A stretch of DNA of 62,651 nt. It comes from Candidatus Krumholzibacteriota bacterium. GTDB taxonomy: Bacteria > Krumholzibacteriota > Krumholzibacteriia > LZORAL124-64-63. Below the pieces are notes generated by a model. That model was not told the origin of the DNA. It searched no databases and saw only the letters and a list, made by a program, of their open reading frames with translations. The position numbers and the translations under genes were made by a program. The stretch covers positions 1 through 62,651 of the forward strand of contig JBDLKA010000008.1 of NCBI GenBank assembly GCA_039714075.1. Reading direction: 5' to 3'. Below are positions 9,500 to 19,066 of the stretch, in pieces. The first letter of the stretch is position 1, and each line of letters opens with the position of its first letter.

Positions 9500-10390
9500 T
9501 CAGGGTTCGTCCGCGGGCGCTTTCAGGCGATGACGGGTGCTGTCCAGGCGCCAGGCCACGGTAAAATACCAGGCGGCTGGCCGATCGAGGGTTCCCTGGA
9601 GTTCCCGGGCCACCTTGAAACCCAGCGAGCCGCTGTCTCCCCAGGGCAGCCACCATTGCACGCCCGCCAGTTGGGACCGGCGCGAATCACGGTCCTGGAA
9701 ATCATAGGTCGCGCCCAGCCGGCTCCCCCGCCCCCGGTACATGTCCCATGAGGCCCCCAGGTGGAATCCGCTCGGAAACGCGGCCGAGGTCAGGTAATCC
9801 TTGCCGGAATCCATGTTGGACAGGTACCCCGCCACCAGACCCAGATGGGTCTTCTCACCCAAAGGCACAATTTTCTTCAATTCCAGACGCAGGGGCAGGC
9901 TCGTGGAGGAAAACGGATATACCCGGTCGCTGCCGCTGGGCAGACCCAGGGCCAGGGCGTAGTCGACATTTCCGGCCAGGGGCAATCCCACCGGACCGGT
10001 GACCCCCACTTCAATCTGCCCGAAACTGGAGGTCCGCTTCTCGTTGGGCCAACCGTTTTGCCCCTCTTCCCCGATGACCCAGGGCCACCTGCCGGCCAAG
10101 GTCGTGTTGCCCATATCGAAAGTCAGATGGGGCAGGCGCAGGAAAAATGCGCCGTCGTCACCGGCGGGCAAAACGGTGGTCAAAAGAATCCGGTTCAGGT
10201 TCCAATCGAACTTGGGGTCGTGGAACCGGTTGATTTCAACAACCAGGGCGAGACGCGACGTGGAATCAGCCGGTGTGAACCAGGGGATGGCGTCCAGGTG
10301 CATGATCTGCGCCTTCGCCCCGCCGGGAAGGAACAGAAAGAGCGCCAGAAACAGGAAAACCCACCTTGGACGGCGGCAGACGGGAAACAT
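9500..10390 (-). CDS. Putative outer-membrane beta-barrel protein
   Basis: Signal peptide ending GAKA, amphipathic strands, aromatic final strand WYFTVAWRL. Confidence 0.7.
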   Translation of the reverse strand: MFPVCRRPRWVFLFLALFLFLPGGAKAQIMHLDAIPWFTPADSTSRLALVVEINRFHDPKFDWNLNRILLTTVLPAGDDGAFFLRLPHLTFDMGNTTLAGRWPWVIGEEGQNGWPNEKRTSSFGQIEVGVTGPVGLPLAGNVDYALALGLPSGSDRVYPFSSTSLPLRLELKKIVPLGEKTHLGLVAGYLSNMDSGKDYLTSAAFPSGFHLGASWDMYRGRGSRLGATYDFQDRDSRRSQLAGVQWWLPWGDSGSLGFKVARELQGTLDRPAAWYFTVAWRLDSTRHRLKAPADEP

Positions 10391-10392
10391 GA

Positions 10393-11037
10393 CTACCGGG
10401 GCGCCTTTTCGATCAAACGAACGACCCCGGCCTCCGCGAAGTAGCATTTGATGACCTGGCGCCCGCCCGGCAGGTCCTCCTTGGCGACCACCACGCCGCA
10501 GTCCTCCCAGGCCTGGTGGTGGATGCACTGCCCGACCTCGTAGGTCTCCCAGGGCCGATACGGGGAAGGCTCGCTTTGATCCTTGGCCTCGAGCATGGCC
10601 GCATATTCGTGGATGGGTTCGGCGGGTTCCTGCGGCGGCTCGGGTTTTTTCTTTTCCGGAGCCGGCTCGGGGGTGTCGTCCCCGGAAAGGTCATCCAGTT
10701 CGGGCAGGGTTTCGGGATCACCGGCGACGTGCCTGGCCTTCATCATGTCGGCCGGGCTGTCCCAGGGCAACTCACCGTCGGTTTTGGCGGAACCGGAGGA
10801 ATCGGGTTTAACGGTAGCGGAGGAAGGATCGGGTTCCGGTTCCCCCGCCGGTTCGGGATCCGCGGGCTTGTCCGGAGATTCGGTCTTGAGGTCGGCCCCG
10901 CTCAGCTTGGGCAGAAAGCCCTGGCACTGGGGGCAACGGAACCAGATGACCCCATCATCCTCCTCGCCATCGCCGGTAGGAACGACTTCCATCTCAAGCC
11001 ATTCCTTGCAGACGGAACAAAACTGTCTGGACTTCAT
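10393..11037 (-). CDS. Zinc-ribbon, acidic linker and Tudor-like C-terminal domain protein
   Basis: CSVC...CPQC, then a Pro/Glu/Asp-rich linker, then YEVGQCIHHQAWEDCGVV. Confidence 0.75.
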   Translation of the reverse strand: MKSRQFCSVCKEWLEMEVVPTGDGEEDDGVIWFRCPQCQGFLPKLSGADLKTESPDKPADPEPAGEPEPDPSSATVKPDSSGSAKTDGELPWDSPADMMKARHVAGDPETLPELDDLSGDDTPEPAPEKKKPEPPQEPAEPIHEYAAMLEAKDQSEPSPYRPWETYEVGQCIHHQAWEDCGVVVAKEDLPGGRQVIKCYFAEAGVVRLIEKAPR

Positions 11038-11055
11038 CAGATTCACCGGATGTGG

Positions 11056-11235
11056 TCAGGGATTGATCTTGCAGCAGTTGTCGGCTTCATCCTTGCCCAT
11101 ATAGCGCATCCCGCACACGAGGCATTTTTTCGGACCGTCGATGCGTCCCTCGGTTTCGGCTTTGGTCAGCAGCCTTTCATACTTCACGAAACTTTCATCA
11201 CGGACAAGAATGTCATCTTCCTTGACGCTGGCCAT
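11056..11235 (-). CDS. 59-aa Cys4 zinc-finger microprotein (absent from the ORF track)
   Basis: MASVKEDDILVRDESFVKYERLLTKAETEGRIDGPKKCLVCGMRYMGKDEADNCCKINP, with a strong AAGGAGGAG RBS. Confidence 0.8.
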   Translation of the reverse strand: MASVKEDDILVRDESFVKYERLLTKAETEGRIDGPKKCLVCGMRYMGKDEADNCCKINP

Positions 11236-11322
11236 TGGCTCCTCCTTGGCTCTGGAAACGCGTCTGTCCTGGATGTCTTGTCAAAGAGGCTCCTGCCTGC
11301 CAGGACGCGTACGATGGGCTGC

Positions 11323-11351
11323 ATACTATTACAATGTTCAAACCGAGTCAA
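11323..11351 (-). promoter_or_regulatory. Sigma-70 promoter
   Basis: TTGACT-17 nt-TAGTAT upstream of the microprotein. Confidence 0.7.
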
Positions 11352-11406
11352 TAATGTGAACCGAAATTTTTAAAACAGGCGCGGGGTTTCCACAAAACAG
11401 GCGGGG

Positions 11407-12252
11407 TCAGGACTCGGCGGCGCGGGCGGCGAGGGAATCGTCGTCTTTCGTACGGGCCGCCGCAATCTCCTCGACACGATAGAGATCACCGAGATCAACC
11501 AGCCCGAGTTGGTCGGATTCCCGGAGAGCTTCCAGCAGAACACCGGCCGTGGCGGCGGCGTCGGCGCCGGCGCGATGGGGATTGCCGTGCTCGATGCCGA
11601 AATGTTCCGCCAGGTCGGGAAGACTCCGGCTGCCCAGGTCGGGCCAGAACTGACGGCTGAGCTGCAGGGTGCACAGACCGGTCACCGCCGGGCGTCCGAT
11701 GCCCCGCCGGGCGAACTCCCACCTCAGGAAGGGAAGGTCGAAGCGGATGTCATGGGCCACGAAGACAAACCCGTCGAGCAGGCCCACCAGGTTCTCCGCC
11801 AGATCGGAAAAAGTGGGCGCGCCTTCCAGGTTCTCGTTGCTGATGCCGGTCAGGCGGGCCACCCAGGGCGGAATGGCGCGGTCGGTCCAGACCAGGGATT
11901 CGAATTGCTCGACCACCTTGCCGCCGCGGACCTGGATCAGGCCGATTTCGATGATTTCATCGACCCCGATGACACTGCCGGTTGTTTCCAGGTCGACCAC
12001 CGAAAAGGTGGCTTCCTGAAGGGTTTTGTCCAGCAGCGGCGAACCCAGCACGGTCCAGCAATGGTCATGGGTTTCGACGAAGCGCGGATCGTCCGCCAAC
12101 AGGGCCCGGACAACAACCTGGGTTTCAGGCATTTCATGGCGACGGGCGCCGAAAAGGCGCCTGGCGATGGCCGGAGTAGGTAGAGGCTTCTGCTGGCCCA
12201 GCAGAAATTCGTGGGCCTCAACCCGGAATTCGTTCAGGTCGTTGGGAATCAT
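11407..12252 (-). CDS. DEDDh 3'-5' exonuclease (DnaQ/PolC-exo like) with a small N-terminal domain
   Basis: VVDLETTG, LTGI, VAHDIRFD and HRAGADA motifs. Confidence 0.9.
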   Translation of the reverse strand: MIPNDLNEFRVEAHEFLLGQQKPLPTPAIARRLFGARRHEMPETQVVVRALLADDPRFVETHDHCWTVLGSPLLDKTLQEATFSVVDLETTGSVIGVDEIIEIGLIQVRGGKVVEQFESLVWTDRAIPPWVARLTGISNENLEGAPTFSDLAENLVGLLDGFVFVAHDIRFDLPFLRWEFARRGIGRPAVTGLCTLQLSRQFWPDLGSRSLPDLAEHFGIEHGNPHRAGADAAATAGVLLEALRESDQLGLVDLGDLYRVEEIAAARTKDDDSLAARAAES

Positions 12253-12284
12253 GTCATAACTATACCACAGGCCAATAGTGGGGG

Positions 12285-13118
12285 TCAATGACGGGGACCG
12301 AGAACCGGTTTCGCCTGATAGCCAAACCCTAGCAATTCCATCACCTCCACCCTCACCTGGGGCGCAGGGGCGGAGAACTTTCTGCTCGGCGGATCCAGCC
12401 GGGACTCCGACCGGACCCTTTCCGCGGCGAAGGCGAGCCCCAGGAAGGGGATTTCCTCGTGGATCGCGGCGGTGATCTCCCGGGTGGTCGTCTGGATCAT
12501 ACGACCCGCGGGAAGATCGGCGCTCTGGGTGTCTGCCGCCGTCATGATCAACTGATCGCAGAGGTACTGGGTCCCCGCGATGACCCGGGTCGTGGGATCT
12601 TTTCTTTCGGTATGGTCGGGAGTGAATTCCGTATCCAGCGAGGCGGATACCAGGGGGTCGTTGCGCAACTGCTCCCGGGAAATCTTTTCGGGGATTCCGT
12701 CCAGCCACTTTTCGGCCGACACGACGGCATCCAGCAGGTGCCCTTCCCTTGCCAACAGGGTCCGGGACAACCTCAGCCTGGCCCCCTCGCCCGGGACCGG
12801 CACCAGGCTCCCATCGGGCAGCTCGTCCAGGGGCAGCAACTCCACCAGCAAGGTCTCATCGTCGGAACCGCCTTCACGATCCAGACAGACGATCCTGGTC
12901 AGTCCCTCGTCCCGGCGTCCTCCGGCCATGACCTGGGTCCGATAATCCACCCAGGCGCCCTCGGTCATGCGCAGGGGCAGCTCCCGCTGCCGCCACAGGG
13001 TGAATACGTCAAGGGCGCGGACCGGCCGCACCCCCGACGAGATCATGCCGCAGGCCACCCAGAGCAGGGTGAAGCCCAGGACGATCCTAATGTTTGATCT
13101 TTTCCCAGTAGGTCGCAT
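12285..13118 (-). CDS. Hypothetical exported protein; start approximate
   Basis: Signal-like RIVLGFTLLWVACG...VRA. Overlaps the 3' end of the upstream cytochrome gene. Confidence 0.7.
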   Translation of the reverse strand: MRPTGKRSNIRIVLGFTLLWVACGMISSGVRPVRALDVFTLWRQRELPLRMTEGAWVDYRTQVMAGGRRDEGLTRIVCLDREGGSDDETLLVELLPLDELPDGSLVPVPGEGARLRLSRTLLAREGHLLDAVVSAEKWLDGIPEKISREQLRNDPLVSASLDTEFTPDHTERKDPTTRVIAGTQYLCDQLIMTAADTQSADLPAGRMIQTTTREITAAIHEEIPFLGLAFAAERVRSESRLDPPSRKFSAPAPQVRVEVMELLGFGYQAKPVLGPRH

Positions 13119-14460
13119 AGTCGAATTCCGGACTGTTCTTTTGATCGTGACACAGGGTGCAGGAATCCTTGGCCTGGGCGACCCACTTGTTGTCCCGCGC
13201 ATGCTGGCTGCCGTAACCATGGCAGGCTTCGCACTGGACGTTGGCCAGCTTGTTGTACGGTGATTCATCCGAGTAGCCGTTCTTGAACCGGTAACCGGTG
13301 GTGTGGCACGACAGGCATTCCGGCTCGAAACTTTGCCCCTTGTTGCGGATGGTCGCGAAGGCCGACCGGTGGGGAGAATCCAGGTACACCTTCCAGGCAT
13401 CCTCGTGGCAGGCCATACAGGCGCGGTCGCCGAGGTAGGTTTCCTTTTCCGACCCCATGGTCCGCGGATATTCCGCCCGCTTGGCGGTCTTGAACTCCAG
13501 CAGGTCGACCTTGAACTGTTCCACCCGGGCCAGCATCTGTTCGTCGTTGGCGACCTCTTCGTTGAGGGCGGTGATCCCCACATCGATGGCCATGACCCGG
13601 CCGTCCGCATCGTCGATGAAAAGATTCGCCCGGCCGATGTAACGACCTTCGAAAGCCGCCGCGAAAACAGCGGTGTCGTTGATGACCCGCTCGGCGTTGA
13701 TGTTGCGCGACGTGTGCCCGATGACACACATGTCGATTCCCTTGACCTCGTTCAGCAGTTCGCCGGTGGCCTGTTCGCCGAGATGGGCCAGCAGCACGAC
13801 CGAATCGGCCTTTTCCCGCAGCCGGGGCAACAACTCGCGCAGGACCGCCACCGGTTCATCCACCTGGTAGACCTCTTCGGAGGCCGCCATGGAAATGATT
13901 TTCTGCCGGGGATCCAGGACGCTGACGATGCCGATCCTGATGCCGCTTCTTTCCACCACCAGGAACTCGGGCAGAATCAGTTCGCCCGTCTTGCCGGAAC
14001 GCACATTGGCGTTGGTGAAGGGCAGATCGAATTTTTCGATCATTTCCAGCAGGAAAGGCAGCCCGTAGTTGAGGTCCCGCTCGCCCAGGGCGATGGCGTC
14101 GTACCCCAACTCACCGGTCATTTCGGCCAAAAAGGTCGACTGATGTTTTTCGTTCTTGTTCCGGGGACCGAAAAGGTCGCCGCCGTCCACCACCAGCACC
14201 GGCCGCTCTTCACTCCAAACTCCGTCCATAAAGGTGGCCCTCCGGGCCAACCCGCCACGCTTGTTGGATTTTCAGCCGCAGGGTTCGATCTTGCCCTTGA
14301 TGTCGGTGGTGTAGAGCAGAACGAGGTCCTGCCAGGTACCCTCGCCGGCCCGGGCGCCGGCCGGCAGGACAACCGGGGCGATGGCGGAAATCACGAAGGC
14401 CAGTACCAGCGCCAGACTCATCAATCGCAGGGCACCGGTCAGGTCCTTGAGCTTGATCAT
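13087..14460 (-). CDS. UshA-like (5'-nucleotidase-fold) selenoprotein fused to a tetraheme cytochrome c; in-frame UGA (Sec63) at 14272-14274
   Basis: ORFs 14272-14478 and 13087-14250 are in the same frame, separated by one TGA: YTTDIKGKIEPCG*KSNKRGGLARRAT. Also VDGGDLF, LGERDL, four CxxCH motifs and a signal peptide. Confidence 0.88.
14233..14274 (-). promoter_or_regulatory. Candidate bacterial SECIS element
   Basis: Hairpin GG(U)UGGCCC-GGA-GGGCCACC with a bulged U and a G-starting loop 28 nt after the UGA. Confidence 0.7.
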
Positions 14461-14568
14461 AACGGAAACCTTTCGCACATGCTGAAAACGGCTGCCGCCT
14501 TGCGCCGGCGGCAGATCATGATCACCAACGGGCTGATACCGCGGGTGATGGTCTTAAGTTCCGGTATC

Positions 14569-14597
14569 ATAATAAAAGGAGCCTCGCGGAGGGGCAA
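14569..14597 (-). promoter_or_regulatory. Sigma-70-like promoter of the selenoprotein operon
   Basis: TTGCCC-17 nt-TATTAT. Confidence 0.5.
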
Positions 14598-14649
14598 CCC
14601 GCGAAAAACCCGGCAGGTCCCCGAGCGGACCGGCAAACCGCCGGACACG

Positions 14650-14677
14650 AAAAGGGCGGCCCCAAAGCCGCCCCTTT
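14650..14677 (-). terminator. Intrinsic terminator of hup
   Basis: GGGCGGC/GCCGCCC stem followed by a T-tract on the minus strand. Confidence 0.75.
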
Positions 14678-14706
14678 CTTCACCATTCTTCCCAAATGAA
14701 GGTCGG

Positions 14707-15000
14707 TTACTTCTGCACCCGGTCCTTCAGGCTCTTGCCCGCCACGAAAGCGGGATACTTGGCCGCGGGAATGACGATCGAAGCGCCGGTCTGCGGGTTG
14801 CGACCCGTCCTTTTCTTGCGCTTGCGACGTTCGAAGGTTCCAAAGCCGGTGATCTGCACCCGATCACCCTTGGACACTGCGTTGGCGATGATCCCTTCTC
14901 GCGGAGAGGTTGAGAAGATGGCATCGACAGCGCGCTTGGACGCGGCCTTGGTCATTCCGGTCTTCTTGGACAGTTGTTCGGTAAGTTCCGTCTTATTCAT
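14707..15000 (-). CDS. hup: HU family DNA-binding protein
   Basis: MNKTEL...VQITGFGTF...GRNPQTG...PAFVAGKSLK, AGGAGG RBS, short STSPREG insertion. Confidence 0.95.
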   Translation of the reverse strand: MNKTELTEQLSKKTGMTKAASKRAVDAIFSTSPREGIIANAVSKGDRVQITGFGTFERRKRKKRTGRNPQTGASIVIPAAKYPAFVAGKSLKDRVQK

Positions 15001-15154
15001 ACATATCACCTCCTTTCAGGGGCCATCAAACCCCGGCCTCAAAGGGATTGTCAACATCTAATTCGAGTATTTCCAGTCCTGGCGGGATAAAATCAAACCC
15101 GGGTTTTTCAGGAATTGGGAAAACGGCATGAGGGCGGGCATCCGGGACCGGTGA

Positions 15155-18100
15155 TCAGAAGACGCCGCCGCCGATTGCGCCGCCGACCGACCCCATGTAA
15201 TCCTCGCGGCCGCGGGCGAATTTCAGGCTGGGAATGGACTTCAGATAGATCCGGAAACCGAACTGCGAATCCAACGAGCTGATGGTGCGGGTGAATTCGA
15301 TCTTCCAGCAGTGAAGGTCCCGGTGCAGGCTGTACTGCTGGCGGGTGGGCATACCCGCGGCCAGGTCGAAGGAGGCCTGGTAACGGAACTGCCATTTCCG
15401 GGTCAGACTTGTGTTCAGGGACAGGTTGCCGGTGGCGCGCTTGGTTCGCGTTTCGTTTGTGTAACTGTATGACATGGATGCATTTACATCGAACGGAATA
15501 TACCGCCCGCCTTCGGTCGGATCCTTTTCATCCGGTCCTTCCTGCCGGCCCGGACGGTTGTAGAAATCGTAGAAACTGCTCTCTTCACCGTCGAAGAGTT
15601 CCTCCTGTTCCGAGGTGTCGATGAAATTGCCGTCTTCATCATATTCCCCGTAACGGTCCTCGGCCTGGAGACTGTCGGCGGCGGCCTGGAGATCGACTCC
15701 CAGCCGGTCGATGGCGCTGTTGCGTTTCTGCTCTTCCATTTCCGCGACGTCGCCCACGTCCAGTTTGCCCGCAAAACTCAGCCCGTAGGTGAACCGCGTG
15801 GACTTCAAGGCCAGGCTATAGGGATCGATGGAATTGCTGACCTTCAATTTCAGATAGCGGCTCTGCCCCGGTTTGACTGTCAAACCGCTGGATATGTCAT
15901 TCCAACGCTCCCCCGACGCTCCCTGGGGATTGTACGAAGTGTTCAGGGACCAGTCGATCACCCCGTCCAGTTTCTTTTCGGTAAAAGTGGTGTCGTTTTC
16001 CTGGCTGACGTATTTGAGGTCGAAACGATTGTCGAACCCCAGCCCGATGGACGACCCGTAGTCCTGGCGGTTCCGCAGCCCCGGCCGGACGTTCCAGGAC
16101 GAGTTGAACCTGGCCGTGTGACGGACCGCGCGGAACCGGCCCACGTTCATGGGAAAAAGGCCGTACAGGGTCGTGCCCAGGGAGGTGCCGAAGGAAAGGC
16201 TGGGCGAGGTTTCCTCTTCGGTGTAGGACGTGTCACGGTACGCCCCGCCGGCAGCCAGATTGGTGTCCGGACCCCAGATCCGGCCCGCCATCTCGTGGCG
16301 CTGCCACCTTTGCGCGGCGCTGGCCGAGAAACTCACGTTGAAAATGGCGACCCGGGGAGGGCGCAGGCTGAGGGACCAGTTCCCGTTGGCCTGATAATCC
16401 CTGGTGTCGGTCAGTTCCCGGCCCGTCTCCGATGACTGGAAGGAATAGCCCTGCGAAAAATAGGTGTTCCGCAGGGCATTTCCTATAAAGCTCCCTTTTT
16501 GACCGCTGCGCAGGGACGGACCCAGGGTCAGCTGTTTGAAATTCAGGGACAGGCTGGGCAGGGTCATGGAATACAGCTGGTTGTCGCTGCCCGGATCGGT
16601 GGGATCCTCGGCGTTGACCCTTTCATCCCGCTTGGCGCTGAGATTGGCGCTCATGAAGGACCAGTTGCGGCTGATGTAGACCGTGGAGTTCATCTGGCCG
16701 CTGACGATGTCCCGGTTGTTGGAGCCCGCCAGGTCGTTGCTGGTCAGTTTGGTCGAGGCCATTTTCACGTCGGCGCGGAATTTGTAATCGTCGAACATGG
16801 TGGGCTGGTTGTGGTTCCAGCGGAACTGCCATTCGCGGGTGGTCCGCCCCTCACCCAGACCCTCCTTGTGGGAATAGTCCAGCCCCCCGTTGAACGCGTA
16901 CCGCTTCACGTAACGGTTCTGGATGCGGAAACCGAAATCCTGACGTTCGTTGTAATCGCCCTCGACCAGGAAATCCATGTAGTCGTTGGTGGCCCAGTAA
17001 TAGCCGAAATCCCTGATGTAACGGCCCTCGCGGCTGGACCAGCCGAAGTCGAACGAGGGGAAGAGGATTCCCGACTGGCGGCCGGACTTGAGGCTCTTGT
17101 AATAGAAGGGCAGCGCGAACACCGGCACATGCCCGATCCGCAGGACCACCGGCGCGGCCACCACCTTGTCCCCCGGCTTCATCTTCATATTGTCGGACCA
17201 GAAATGGTAATGGGGGCCCTCGAGGTCGCAGGAGGTCATCCGGCCGCCGCAGATCTTCATGGTCTGGTCCGGGAACCTCCGGATGCTGTCCCCCTTGTAG
17301 TAGTAATTGTCCATGGTCGTGACCCCGGTTTCGACGGCCGCGGTCTTGTGTTTGAAATTGTAGCCCATGCGCTCGCCGACGATGCTGTCCGCGTCCTCCA
17401 CCAGGGGCTCGCCCTCGGCGTACAGCTCGCGCTCGTCGGTATCCATTTTGATGTGGTCGGCGGTCAGTTTCATGGAACCGAACTGCAGGGAACCCTCGTC
17501 CTGGATTTCCATGGTCCGGTCCAGCATTTCGAAGGCCACTTCGCCACCGGAATAATCGACCTGCTCGGCGTTGGCCAGGAAGTTCAGACCCGATCCGGAG
17601 GTGTCGAAACCGGCGGCCGCCAGGGAATCCAGGGCGGCGGTCAGCAGGGAATCGGCGGCCGCCATCTGGGCGGGTGTCGCACCCAGGGATGCCAGGGTGT
17701 CCGCGGCCGCGACGCTGTCCTCTCCGGACCGGGCCAACTGGTCGGCCAAACGTTTCGAACGCCCCAGCATTTCCCGCATGGCCGCGATCTTGGCGAAGCG
17801 GTAGGTGCCCACCGCGTTGCCCATGACCTTGACCCTTTTGACCTCCTGGTCGCGGAAATTGATGATGATGGTATCGCCGCTGACATCGTTGGTCGCAACC
17901 TCGTCGGTCAGGTCCTGGGGCGTGAACCGGCTGCGGGCGTTGCCGACGACCACGGTGCGGGTGATCTTCGAGTCCTCCATCTCGACGGTGATGGTGTCGC
18001 CCTCGAGGATATCCAGATCCGGCAGGCCCTCGTAGACGGCGGCCAGACTGTCGGGAGCGGTGTCCTCCATGCGGCCGTTGCCCATCACCAGGACTTCGCG

Positions 18101-19066
18101 CAGCTGCCCCTCGAGGTAGAAGAACTCGATCCGGTCGCCCTTCATCACGCTCGAGGCGGCCATGGCCACTTCGGGATCACCGGTCAACACCAGGTGCTCC
18201 TGCCCGAAGGCCACCGCCGTATCGGCCCGGGCCTTGGTCTGGCCCTGGTCGATGCGCACCGAATCAACCATCACCACCCGGTCTTCTTCCCGGTAGAACC
18301 GCATCAGGCCCGCCGTACTGGTCAACGGGCCGCCTTTCTGTTCGCGGCTGGTCAGGACGGGATTGGCATCGACCTCGGCGGTATTGTCGGCGGAGGAAAA
18401 ATTGGCGTGATCCCCGGTGACCAGGTTTTTTGCTCCCGGTTCCATGATGCGCACGTGTCCGAAGGCTTCGCCGTCACCGGATTCGCGATCCTGGGCGATG
18501 GTGTCGCCCCGGACCGAATAATCCGGCGTCACCAGCAGGGCGTCCCCCATCAGCCTGAGAATGCGTCCGTTGTCCCGGGTCTCCCCCCGGCGACTGGTCC
18601 CGATGGTGCCCTCTTCCTCCAGACGAACATTGCCGAAAAAATCCCCCGTGCCGAGGAAGCGGTCGTAGTGGGCCCGGTCGCAGGTCAGAACCGCCCCGAA
18701 CCGGGTCAGGCGGACATTCCCGACAAACTGGTAGTATTCGCGTTCGCGGTAGTAGAAAGCGGTGTCGGATTCGGCTTTCAGGGTGTCCCGGTCGATGTAG
18801 ACGTTCCCGTACATGCAGGAAACTTTTTGGCCGTCGATGACGCGGTCCACATAGCGGTCGGCCAGGCCCCGCGTTGACGGACGGGGCGCCCGTTTTTCGG
18901 ACACGTCATCCTGGGCGTGGGCGGGGTGGGGAATTTCCAGAATACGGCCGGCGCCCAGGACGGCCGCCACGGCCACCGCGGGCAGCAGGACCCCACGGAC
19001 AAAACCCCGGCCGGCCCGCCGCGTCGGCGTGCCGTGATCGGGAGAGTTGCCGCCGGTCCCTTTCAT
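15155..19066 (-). CDS. lptD: LPS-assembly protein LptD with an extended multi-OstA N-terminus, 1303 aa
   Basis: TSCDLEGPHYHF, PVFALPF, RQSGILFP, GYYWATNDYMD and RDLHCW motifs. Repeated OstA-like beta-jellyroll segments. Confidence 0.88.
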   Translation of the reverse strand: MKGTGGNSPDHGTPTRRAGRGFVRGVLLPAVAVAAVLGAGRILEIPHPAHAQDDVSEKRAPRPSTRGLADRYVDRVIDGQKVSCMYGNVYIDRDTLKAESDTAFYYREREYYQFVGNVRLTRFGAVLTCDRAHYDRFLGTGDFFGNVRLEEEGTIGTSRRGETRDNGRILRLMGDALLVTPDYSVRGDTIAQDRESGDGEAFGHVRIMEPGAKNLVTGDHANFSSADNTAEVDANPVLTSREQKGGPLTSTAGLMRFYREEDRVVMVDSVRIDQGQTKARADTAVAFGQEHLVLTGDPEVAMAASSVMKGDRIEFFYLEGQLREVLVMGNGRMEDTAPDSLAAVYEGLPDLDILEGDTITVEMEDSKITRTVVVGNARSRFTPQDLTDEVATNDVSGDTIIINFRDQEVKRVKVMGNAVGTYRFAKIAAMREMLGRSKRLADQLARSGEDSVAAADTLASLGATPAQMAAADSLLTAALDSLAAAGFDTSGSGLNFLANAEQVDYSGGEVAFEMLDRTMEIQDEGSLQFGSMKLTADHIKMDTDERELYAEGEPLVEDADSIVGERMGYNFKHKTAAVETGVTTMDNYYYKGDSIRRFPDQTMKICGGRMTSCDLEGPHYHFWSDNMKMKPGDKVVAAPVVLRIGHVPVFALPFYYKSLKSGRQSGILFPSFDFGWSSREGRYIRDFGYYWATNDYMDFLVEGDYNERQDFGFRIQNRYVKRYAFNGGLDYSHKEGLGEGRTTREWQFRWNHNQPTMFDDYKFRADVKMASTKLTSNDLAGSNNRDIVSGQMNSTVYISRNWSFMSANLSAKRDERVNAEDPTDPGSDNQLYSMTLPSLSLNFKQLTLGPSLRSGQKGSFIGNALRNTYFSQGYSFQSSETGRELTDTRDYQANGNWSLSLRPPRVAIFNVSFSASAAQRWQRHEMAGRIWGPDTNLAAGGAYRDTSYTEEETSPSLSFGTSLGTTLYGLFPMNVGRFRAVRHTARFNSSWNVRPGLRNRQDYGSSIGLGFDNRFDLKYVSQENDTTFTEKKLDGVIDWSLNTSYNPQGASGERWNDISSGLTVKPGQSRYLKLKVSNSIDPYSLALKSTRFTYGLSFAGKLDVGDVAEMEEQKRNSAIDRLGVDLQAAADSLQAEDRYGEYDEDGNFIDTSEQEELFDGEESSFYDFYNRPGRQEGPDEKDPTEGGRYIPFDVNASMSYSYTNETRTKRATGNLSLNTSLTRKWQFRYQASFDLAAGMPTRQQYSLHRDLHCWKIEFTRTISSLDSQFGFRIYLKSIPSLKFARGREDYMGSVGGAIGGGVF

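Noticed and set aside
11037..11058. The microprotein TGA is in frame with the next ORF, suggesting a readthrough fusion
   Set aside because: Frame coincidence has a one-in-three chance, there is no convincing SECIS, and the UGA is not at a Cys-like motif position.
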